Position numbers and translations under genes: made by a program. This document shows, piece after piece, positions 54,761 to 64,000 of a DNA stretch of 64,000 nucleotides. The DNA comes from Octopus sinensis (taxonomy: Eukaryota), in assembly GCF_006345805.1 (NCBI RefSeq), contig NC_043026.1, positions 10,168,001 to 10,232,000 of the forward strand, in the 5' to 3' direction. The notes below the pieces were generated by a model, which worked only from the letters and a program-made list of their open reading frames with translations, was not told the DNA's origin and ran no database searches. How positions within the stretch are numbered: the first letter of the stretch is position 1; each line of letters opens with the position of its first letter.

Positions 54761-55589
54761 GCAAGCAATGAAAATACTCACATGTACCTATAAAAGAGAT
54801 GTATGCATAAGTATTTATGTATGTACGTATACATGACAATTTATCCCTTCACTTCCTCTCTCACACACACACAAAAATCCATTTCATATACACATACATA
54901 CATTTTCACTTTCTCTTCTCCTTCACTTTACAACAAAAGTAAATAAATAAAATTCTTTTACGGAAATTAATGAGAAAAGCAAGTCAAAACGAAAGATTGC
55001 CAAAAAGAGATATCCAAGCGGGGAAAGTGTTTGCAGTAACCCCTCTCTAATTTCACTAAAATGACAGATTCTAATGCTTACAACCCATGGTATGTTTATA
55101 ACTTTAATCACATGGAACATTGATGATTGTAAGGTAAATGTACCTATATAATGTAGAGGAAGAGAACATGGAACTGTGTAAGGGGTATAAAAATGTAAAA
55201 ACACTAATTGCAGGTTTGGGAAATACAATCATTTTTCAGAGCCTACATTCTATACAGAAAGCAGGACAGGCATAGTTGAGATGTTGAGATACTTGCAAGG
55301 TCATTACCTGATAAGGAATAAACTTCACAACATAGGTTAGCAGTTAGTTATTTGAGACCTAGAACTTGAAGGTGTGAGGGATTTCAGCCAATCTGGAAGA
55401 GGAAGTCCTAGAAACTTATGCATCCTTAAAATGGTTGGAGATGCGATGTACTAATTAAAGCATTTAATATATGAATATTCTGCAAAATGTGAATGAAATT
55501 TCGGAGAAGTCATAATTTCTGAAGACTATTAGCAAGTACTCACAAGTAGTTGATTGTCTACATTCCACTTCCTCTTCTTGTTCGAGAAC

Positions 55590-55920
55590 TGCATCAATGG
55601 AATTTGTAGTTGTACCAGTGCCGGTGGCACATAAGAGGACCATCCAAATGTGGCCGTAGCCAGCGCCGCCCTGACTGGCCCCTGTGCCGGTGGCACGTAA
55701 AAAGCACCATCCAATTGTAGCCATTTGCCAGCCTCGCCTGGCACGTAAAAAGCACCCACTACACTCATGGAGTGGTTGGTGTTAGGAAGGGCATCCAGCT
55801 GTAGAAACACTGCCAAATCAGACTGGAGCCTGGTGCAGCCTTCTGGCTTCCCAGACCCCAGTTGAACTGTCCAACCCATGCTAGCATGGAAAGCGGACGT
55901 TAAACGATGATGTTGATGCT
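55590..55920 (+). mobile_element. RTE 3' UTR/tail fragment
   Basis: Family subrepeats and (GAT)n tail. Confidence 0.75.
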
Positions 55921-56119
55921 TGATTAAGTTTGCCAAAAATAGTTTTCACAATATAATTAAGAAGGCAGAGGACTGGTGTGAAAATATACACAAACAACTG
56001 CTGAGTGCGTTTATAACAGAGTGTCAATAGTGCTTCTCTGCAGCATGAAGCTAAATTGCATCTCATCAAGGTTCAGTCTCTCTTTAATTAACCGGACTGA
56101 CTCTTTCAATGGCTTCCAT

Positions 56120-56514
56120 AGGAGTGGCTGTGTGGTAAGTAGCTTGCTAACCAACCACATGGTTCCGGGTTCAGTCCCACTGCGTGGCATCTTGGGCAAG
56201 TGTCTTCTGCTATAGCCCCGGGCCGACCAATGCCTTGTGAGTGGATTTGGTAGACGGAAACTGAAAGAAGCCTGTCGTATATATGTATATATATATGTAT
56301 GTGTGTGTGTTTGTCCCCCTAGCATTGCTTGACAACCGATGCTGGTGTGTTTATGTCCCCGTCACTTAACGGTTCGGCAAAAAGAGACCAATAGAATATG
56401 TACTGGGCTTACAAAAAGAATAAGTCCCGGGGTCGAGTTGCTCGACTAAAGGCGGTGCTCCAGCATGGCCGCAGTCAAATGACTGAAACAAGTAAAAGAG
56501 AGAGAGAGAGAGAG
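56120..56514 (+). mobile_element. SINE family B
   Basis: Full-length match to 39837-40240, with (AG)n tail. Confidence 0.8.
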
Positions 56515-56700
56515 CCTGGTCCTATAATCTGAAATCTCTGCTTTTACTTCTGTCTAAGGCATCTCCTTTACCCTTGAAACATTTTGACTATAATCCTGTT
56601 ACACTAAGCATTGTTTATACCTTCCTGGACAACCTTATTAATTGAATGGAGAGAAGGCAGTATCCAAATATGCCACATAATTTATGCACTTTAGAAGTAA

Positions 56701-57063
56701 CTAGCAGTATCGCCCGGCGTTGCTCGGGTTTGTAAGGGAAATAACTATAAAGCATTTTTAGAGAGTTATAGCCAAAAAAATGGAAAAAAATGATGGTAAA
56801 TTTTTGTTTGAGAGTTAAAAAGGTCGAGCTGCGTCCCCTAGACAGTCTGTGGTTTGGGTTTCTGATTCTCGACCCCATATCGAATTTATCGATTTTTTTC
56901 AGAACTGGGGGAACTTTTCAAAATTTTTGCTGCGTTAGTTTTGAATTATGACATTGGGCGATGTGTGTGTCAAGTTTCATCAGAATCGGTTGAAAGCCGT
57001 GGTCAGGGTGAGGGTACAACCTAACAGACACACAGATAAACTGCCGTTTATATATAGAGAAGA
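56701..57063 (-). mobile_element. Non-autonomous Helitron, chimeric (H2-type 5' half, H1-type 3' end)
   Basis: Canonical termini. Right part matches 43380-43598; left part matches 6374-6440. Confidence 0.75.
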
Positions 57064-57544
57064 TTCCTGGTGGACAAGGGGCTTTCGCAGTCTTCGAATT
57101 CTTAACAGCCACCAGTAAGAATGGCTGGGCCCTCATGTTCCCATTAGGACAGCTCTCTCACATTTAGTCGCCTTTCATATTTGCACTTCCATCCTTGTAT
57201 CTTTTAAGAATCAGTGAATGCAAGTCTGCACACACCTCCCACACTTCAATTTTTACAACCCAGAATGCTTCATAATTTTGATCCTCAAACAATAGAATAT
57301 TAGCATACCTGTTTTGTTTATTTTTCCCCTTGGTAAATAAAGCTGTTTCCTAGCTTCTCTTCCAGCTACCTCCATTCTTCCATATCTTCCTCTTTGCTTT
57401 TATTGCTCGGGATGCTTCCCTGTTCCACCATCATGTCTCCTTTCAGCTGAATGGCATTTTAGCTACAGATTCCTTCCACAGTTCTATATCAGTTGTCTCC
57501 TAAGAAGCTCCAGTTGCACTATATGCTATATATCCCCACCTACT

Positions 57545-58140
57545 CTTTTTACTTGTTTCAGTCATTTGACTGCGGCCATGCTGGAGCACCACCTTTAGTC
57601 GAGCAACTCGACCCCGGGACTTATTCTTTGTAAGCCTAGTACTTATTCTATCGGTCTCTTTTACTTGTTTCAGTCATTTGACTGCAGCCATGCTGGAGCA
57701 CCACCTTTAGTCAAGCAACTCGACCCCGGGACTTATTCTTTGTAAGCCTAGTACTTATTCTATCGGTCTCTTTTACTTGTTTCAGTCATCTGACTGCGGC
57801 CATGCTGGAGCACTGCCTTTAGTCGAGCAAATCGACCCCGGGACTTATTCTTTGTAAGCCCAGTACTTATTCTATCAGTCTCTTTTGCCAAACCGCTAAG
57901 TGACGGGGACGTAAACACACCAGCATCGGTTGTCAAGCAATGCTAGGGGGACAAACACAGACACACAAACACACATATATATATACATATATACGACAGG
58001 CTTCTTTCAGTTTCCGTCTACAAAATCCACTCACAAGGGCTATAGCAGAAGATACTTGCCCAAGATGCCATGCAGTGGGACTGAACCCAGAACCATGTGG
58101 TTGGTTAGCAAGCTACTTACCACACAGCCACTCCTGTGCC
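57545..58140 (-). mobile_element. SINE family B with triplicated 3' ~112-bp segment
   Basis: CTTTTACTTGTTTCAGTCAT... recurs at ~57547, ~57658 and ~57770. Confidence 0.8.
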
Positions 58141-58689
58141 TAAAGGTTCTAATTCATAGATCACATCTGCAACTGTCTTAAGCATCTCTAAGCTTCTGGG
58201 ACTTCCTCTTACACATTGGTTGATATTTCTCACACCTTTAAGCTCTGAATCTCAAATCATTAACTACTTATGTACCTATGTGGCTCTTATGTCTGTTTTT
58301 GTATGATGGTTGTCCCTCTGATAGATATTGTCATAGACCAAAGTCATCGATGGGATGTTTCAACCTGGTACTGTACGACCCCCCCCCCCCAGGCATAAAC
58401 TCTAATCATCCTCAAAACATTGGATTGTTATCCATCCACTCAGTATTGCAGTGTAATTACTACATCAGCACAGACAACTATCGACACATACTCTCTCAAT
58501 ACTGGCTGACATCACCTTATTCATAGTGACTTAGGAATTTCTTATGCTTCATGTTCTTCCTTTGGGGTCTCTTCTGTTTTGTACTTGGGGTCATTATTTA
58601 TGTACACATTTGAGAACTTGTGTATGAAAGAGTCATAACAAATTGTATCACGTAACATATTTAATGAGTGAAGTATTTAAAAGATAATA

Positions 58690-59120
58690 AACAATAATAA
58701 TAATAATAATGAAATTATTGTATACAGTGCTCAGGTGCACCACAACTTGTCAGAAAGTGCATATAAAGTACATGCAGTAATGTAGAAATGTCTGGAAAGC
58801 GAACAATGTATGAGTCAGATACATGCTTGTGTGTGTATGGAGGGGAGAAAATCAAGTGTAGTGTTGGCGAATCTCAGGAAGCATGGAAGTTTTGAAGGAT
58901 GCAGTGCTCCGACAACTAACAACTGATGCCGGCAGTTTGTTCCATGCTTCAGCAACTCTCAGCGTGAAAAAATGTTTCCTGAAGTCATGGGAGCTGTGCT
59001 GTTTTCTTACTTTGTAAATATGTCCACGGGTGTTAGACGGGTGGAGTTTGAAGAGGTGCTCAGAGTTATTGTTTGTGCGATGGTTGATAATTTTATGGGT
59101 GTCTGCCAAGTCAGCTACCG
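58690..59120 (-). mobile_element. CR1-like LINE 3' fragment
   Basis: HKIIN...HLF.L..SNTRGH.YKVRKQHS..DFRKHFFTLRV..AWNKLP; (AAT)n tail. Confidence 0.8.
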
Positions 59121-59317
59121 ATGCAATATTCAAGAAAGAATTATGTGTAAGGTTGTTAGGAAGAGGAAGAGTGTTGGGATGGGGGTCCATTCATCAAAAA
59201 AAGAAAGATGAATGTTACAAAAACGAACCAAAAAAAATCTAAAAGATTTGAATATACTTTAATTACAGAAAAAAAGAGGAATATTAAAAATATATAGCCA
59301 ACACAAAACTATAGAAA

Positions 59318-60403
59318 CTACTTTTTTCCTTTCTTCCCTGTATGATGAATATGTTTGTGTTTCATTAAATGACTACCATTAGAGAATGATTTACCACAGA
59401 TATCACAGTGATAAGGCTTCTCTCCTGTATGAATACGTCTGTGTACAGTTAAGACACTACTGAAAGAAAATGATTTACCACAGATATCACAAGGATATGG
59501 TTTCTCTCCTGTATGAGTAAATTTGTGTTGTTTTAAGCAAAAATTTCGAGAGAATGACTTACCACAGATATCACAATGATGTGGTTTCTCTCCAGTATGA
59601 ATACGTCTATGTGCATTTCTGTTACGATTCTGAGAGATTGATTTACCACAGATATCACAATGATATGGTTTCTCTCCTGCATGAGTACGTTTGTGATGCA
59701 TTAAGTTACTATTATGAGAGAATGATTTACCACAGATATCACAGTGATATGGTTTCTCTCCTGTATGAGTATGTTTGTGCAGTATAACATAGCCACTCGT
59801 AGAGAATGATTTACCACAGATATCACAATGATATGGCTTTTCACCTGTATGAGAACGTTTATGTGTAGTTAAGGCACTATTTTGAGAGAAAGATTTACCA
59901 CAAACTTCACAATGATGTGGCTTCTCCCCTGTATGAATACTTTTGTGTGTAGATAAGTTACAACTAAGAGAGAATGATTTACCACAGATATCACAATGAT
60001 ACGGTTTCTCTCCTGTATGAATACGTTTATGCTTAGTTAAGACACTATTTTGAGAGAATGATTTACCACAGATATCACAATGATATGGTTTTTCGCTTGT
60101 ATGAATCAGTTTGTGATTCATTAAGTTTCTATTGTCAGAGAATGATTTACCACAGATATCACAATGATATGGTTTCTCTCCTGAATGAAGACGTTTGTGT
60201 TTAGTTAAGACACTATTTTGAGAGAATGATTTACCACAGATATCACAATGATATGGTTTTTTGCTTGTATGAATACGTTTGTGCAAAAGTAGGTTACTTT
60301 TTTGCAGGAAGGACTTTGTACAGATATTACAGTCATATGATTTTGTCTCCTTTACCATGGGTTCAGGGGAAATCAATTCTAAAATTTTCTCACTCGTTTC
60401 CAT
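59318..60403 (-). CDS. C2H2 zinc-finger protein, 12 fingers (gene E)
   Basis: 361-aa ORF with ATG start, leader [19 protein letters not shown] and 12 fingers. Confidence 0.92.
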   Translation of the reverse strand: METSEKILELISPEPMVKETKSYDCNICTKSFLQKSNLLLHKRIHTSKKPYHCDICGKSFSQNSVLTKHKRLHSGEKPYHCDICGKSFSDNRNLMNHKLIHTSEKPYHCDICGKSFSQNSVLTKHKRIHTGEKPYHCDICGKSFSLSCNLSTHKSIHTGEKPHHCEVCGKSFSQNSALTTHKRSHTGEKPYHCDICGKSFSTSGYVILHKHTHTGEKPYHCDICGKSFSHNSNLMHHKRTHAGEKPYHCDICGKSISQNRNRNAHRRIHTGEKPHHCDICGKSFSRNFCLKQHKFTHTGEKPYPCDICGKSFSFSSVLTVHRRIHTGEKPYHCDICGKSFSNGSHLMKHKHIHHTGKKGKK

Positions 60404-61463
60404 TGCTTTTTCTCACAAATCCCAGTATATATATATTTTCCTTGCTTTTATACTTTGTTTTTACAAACACGTCCAGTTTTACCTTTGTTTAGCAACACTT
60501 CTATAATTTTATCCAGTCAGTGATGTCCAGAAACTTGGCCAACGATATTATTCCAGAGCAAATGTTTCACAAGAATTCTTCCACAGATTTGTAAAATACA
60601 ATCTGATACATCTGTTTTGTATAATATTTTCTTTCAGTCTTTAAAACACGGTAGATATTGAGGATGTTTCTTCCGTTATGTCAATGTCATTTGATGTTCT
60701 GAAATTATATAGAAACGACAGTGTAAGATGTAGAAGCTGCTTAAAAATATAAGTTTTTATTTCTGTTGAGTTAAACTCTAGGAATAAACATTTAAATTAA
60801 GATTTGAGCAATAAATAAGAGGGGACGGGTGAGAACCTAAACCTGGTCAACTCCAACCTGCATACCAAATACATCAAAGTACTCATTGTTAAGTCTCACC
60901 AGCCATTCATCTCTTAGCTTTTGCAGCAGCTACCATATAAGGGAGTGAGTCTCCCAGCCAAACGCTTCCTCTGGCTAAATACAGTGGTTTACTTCTTGTT
61001 CAATACTTCTGAAATTGCCAAACTACAAACAGAGTATCAATAGTGCTTCTCTACAGCAAAAAGGGGCTTTCAGTCTTTGTATTCTTAACTGATTCCGGGA
61101 CCTGTGTGTGGGGTTCCTTCACTTTTTCACCCGTCAAAAAAAGGGGGGTTGCAGCATATTAGGTCAGGGTATTTGATTCCACGCAAAAAAAATCTGAATA
61201 TTTTTTTCTTTTTTTTTAGTGAAAATCGTACAGGTGAAAAGATCAAAATTTACCCAAAATTATCCATTTACCTACAATATTTTACGTTACGCAAAAATTG
61301 AAATGGCGCTTAGCGTAGTAAAAGCTAGAAGAAATCATATTTTCGTATCTTCATTAAAGTGTTCCCCATCCCTAGCATTTTGAAATTCGTGGAGATAGTT
61401 TGAAAAAATCCCCCCTCAAAACGGATATTATCCAACTTACGTGGTTGATCTATTCCAAACTCC

Positions 61464-61875
61464 GGATCTTTTCAGTTTGAACGGCAGTTTTTAACATAAT
61501 TTCTAGGTAACTAAAAAATTTTAAACTTCGTATCCTGGTAGAATGTGTTTATAAAACATCTTTTTCTCTTGGCTTTATTGAGAAAATTCTATAATTTGTA
61601 AGATATTTGTTGGTTTTTTTCTTCAATTTCTGCAATTTCAACCAATCAAGGATGTCTATTGAGGTAAAAAAACATTTTGTGCCGTATGAATATGTCCCTC
61701 GTTTAAGAAACAGATTGGGTTTATTTACATTTGTGAAGAAAAAAAAGATACCCTTCCCCCACCCCTAACCCTAAAACAGATTGAAATGCAATAGATCGAT
61801 ACTAGGGTCATAATTATGGGTGACAATTTCATATGACACCGCTAGAAAAAACTGCTGTTCAAACCGAAATGATCC
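61464..61875. mobile_element. MITE with ~29-bp TIRs and 8-bp TSD CAAACTCC
   Basis: GGATCTTTTCAGTTTGAACGGCAGTTTTT / AAAAACTGCTGTTCAAACCGAAATGATCC; TSD at 61456-61463 and 61876-61883. Confidence 0.85.
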
Positions 61876-62059
61876 CAAACTCCACCTTATTTATTTATTT
61901 AGTTGCATAATTGTAAACCTACAAGCATGAGGAAACAAAGTCGAATGTACAAACTATCCATAATCCCCATTCAATTGTACTTTTCTCTTCTCAACAAATT
62001 CCTACATAATCCTTGTTTCCATTATCTGAAATGTACTTTCAGAAACTTTATATTCAATA

Positions 62060-62442
62060 CTAGCAGTATCGCCCGGCGTTGCTCGGGTTTCTAAGGGAAA
62101 TAACTATATAAGCATTTTTAGAGAGTTATAGCCAAAAAATGCATTAAAAATGGAAAAAAAATTATGGTAAATTTTTTTTTAAATCGTTGACTCATCGTAG
62201 ACATTTTTAGAGAGTTACTTCCCTTATATAATAGCGAAAAATGCATTAAAATGGAAAAAAATGGTAAATTTTTTTTAAAATCGTAGACTCATCGTAGACG
62301 CGCGCTAATACCCAGAAGGGCTCGATATGAATCACGACTATAAGATACCCGGTTTTGGTTAAACTGCACCGCAAAATGTGGGAGTAGTTAGGAATCTAAA
62401 TCGTAGGAGACAGACACACAACTTCTCTTTTATATATAAAGA
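62060..62442 (-). mobile_element. Non-autonomous Helitron H1 with internal ~100-bp tandem duplication
   Basis: Canonical termini and hairpin; shares both ends with 6374-6880. Confidence 0.75.
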
Positions 62443-63127
62443 TTAGGAGGAAAGAAATTGCTAGTAGAATGGGCAGACATCGTTAGCTATACAAAGAAAC
62501 AAACATTCGATAAACTATAAAAGAATGTTGGTTTCTGAACATTTCAGTGGTTGGAGTGTATTTCAGAATATTTCTTAAACGAAAGAAAAAAGAAGGAGAA
62601 CGTGTCAACGATGGAATGTGTAGAAGGCAGATTTCGCAGCGAGAAATAGCAGCCAAATCTTGCACATACCAGACACCTCTCATCCGTAGCTAGAGATAGC
62701 AGTCAAATGCCGCAAAAATCAAGGACATCATTCGTTAATAAAACATAGAATAGAAACAAAGAATCGATGCGCGGCATTCTTTCGATATAACTCGACAAAA
62801 TCAATACGTTTCACTTCGGGTATTTCCGTGGAAGCAAATGACAGTTCGATTCTGTTTCTGCTTGGAAACAAATATGCAAGGCTTTTTTTTTCTTCAAGTT
62901 TAAAACGAGACATTGCTGGCATAATTCCGTTATATCTATACTCCACAACCCACGGAGATACCCGAAGCGAAATGTTTCGATTTTGTCGAGTTATATGTAG
63001 AAAGGAGCTTGCATAGCTAGAAATAGCAGCCAAACCCCGCACAAATCACGGACATCTCTCATTTATTCATAAAACAGAAAGACACAGGGAATCAACGCGT
63101 CTACATTGAATATTTTCATTGTTTAAT

Positions 63128-63302
63128 ACTTACGGAAATCTTTCAGAAAGGATAGTGTTGTTATATACGTGTGCAGCTGGCAGTTGAGAAATAAATTATA
63201 AGCATTACAAATGAATTATCAGCTGAGTAAGAGAAATTCACGCACCTGGACATTTAACCAGAAACCAACATGAAGAAGGAGGTATGGCCAGTGCGCATGC
63301 GT
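63128..63302 (-). promoter_or_regulatory. Putative promoter/exon 1 of gene E
   Basis: TGCGCATGCGT at 63292-63302, homologous exon-1 block, donor GTAAGT at 63133-63128. Confidence 0.6.
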
Positions 63303-63391
63303 ATTTCCTCTCTTGCAATATATTACAGCAAAGCGTACTTCTCTCCCATTGCATATCTGTATATTGCCTATTTCTTTACTACCCACAAGGT

Positions 63392-63777
63392 GTGGAGGCG
63401 CAATGGCCCAGTGGTTAGAGCAGCGGACTTGCAGTCATAGGATCGCGGTTTCGATTCCCAGACCGGGCGTTGTGAGTGTTTATTGAACGAAAACACCTAA
63501 AGCTCCACGAGGCTCCGGCAGGGGATGGTGATGATCCCTGCTGTACTCTTTCACCACAACTTTCTCTCACTCTTACTTCCTGTTTCTGTTGTACCTGTAT
63601 TTCAAAGGGCCAGCCTTGTCACTCTCTGTGTCACGCTGAGTATCCCCGTGAACTGCGTTAAGGGTACACGTGTCTGTGGAGTGCTAAGCCACTTACACGT
63701 TAATTTCACGAGCAGGCTGTTTCGTTGATCGGATCAACCGGAAGCCTCATCGTCGTAACCGACGGAGTGCTTCCACC
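63392..63777 (+). mobile_element. tRNA-derived SINE (family C), full length, 14-bp TSD ACTACCCACAAGGT
   Basis: Head GGAGGCGCAATGGCCCAGTGGTTAG...GGTTTCGATTCCC; TSD at 63378-63391 and 63778-63791. Confidence 0.88.
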
Positions 63778-63789
63778 ACTACCCACAAG

Positions 63790-64000
63790 GTAGATGTTGA
63801 GGATGTTTCTTCTGTTATGTCAATGTCATCTGATGTTCTGGAATTATAGAGAAACAACAGTGTAAGATGTAGAAGCTGCTTAAAAATATAAGGTTTTATT
63901 TCTGTTGAGTTAAACTCTAGGAATAAACATTTAAATTAAGGTTTTGAGCAATAAATAGGAGGGGACGGGTGAGAACCTAAACCTGGTCAACTCCAACCTG
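63790..64000 (-). pseudogene. Truncated ZNF cassette F: intron end, acceptor and ~50 nt of exon-2 leader, no ZNF CDS
   Basis: Closely matches 60650-60860 (gene E intron end/exon-2 start, incl. ttccag|AACATC and ATGACATTGACATAA). Homology stops at ~63790. Confidence 0.7.

Noticed and set aside
63392-63470. tRNA genes at SINE heads (also 734, 39837, 56120)
   Set aside because: They have A/B-box-like heads but continue into SINE bodies with tails/TSDs, and I could not fold a convincing cloverleaf.

Overview
Eukaryotic, AT-rich, repeat-dense DNA containing a clustered C2H2 zinc-finger (ZNF) gene array. The gene style (KRAB-less TGEKP poly-ZNFs) and the SINE/RTE repeat content point to an octopus/coleoid cephalopod; this is inferred, not verified. 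Bases 1 to ~35,200 are a head-to-tail macrosatellite of ~5.5 near-identical ~6.41-kb units. Each complete unit carries a 14-finger ZNF gene (gene A, 5 protein-identical copies), and each unit also holds a non-autonomous Helitron, a tRNA-SINE and an RTE RT relic. The sixth unit switches into a diverged 10-finger paralogue (gene B). Three further paralogues follow: C (minus, 14 fingers), D (plus, 14 fingers, damaged N-terminus) and E (minus, 12 fingers), plus a truncated cassette F at the window end. A-E share a recognisable cassette: an NRF1-like GCGCATGCG promoter motif, a non-coding exon 1 with a CC|GTAAGT donor, a 51-bp-unit motif, a conserved acceptor, a 4-codon uORF, and a single coding exon. 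C and D are head-to-head on an inverted pair of these promoters, and in C the 51-bp motif has expanded into a ~35-copy minisatellite. Intergenic and intronic space holds RTE and CR1-like LINE fragments, three SINE families, Helitrons (including a RepHel relic with a fold-back duplication), piggyBac-type and 8-bp-TSD MITEs, and microsatellites. Splice sites, promoters and repeat family names are by-eye calls with no expression or database support.
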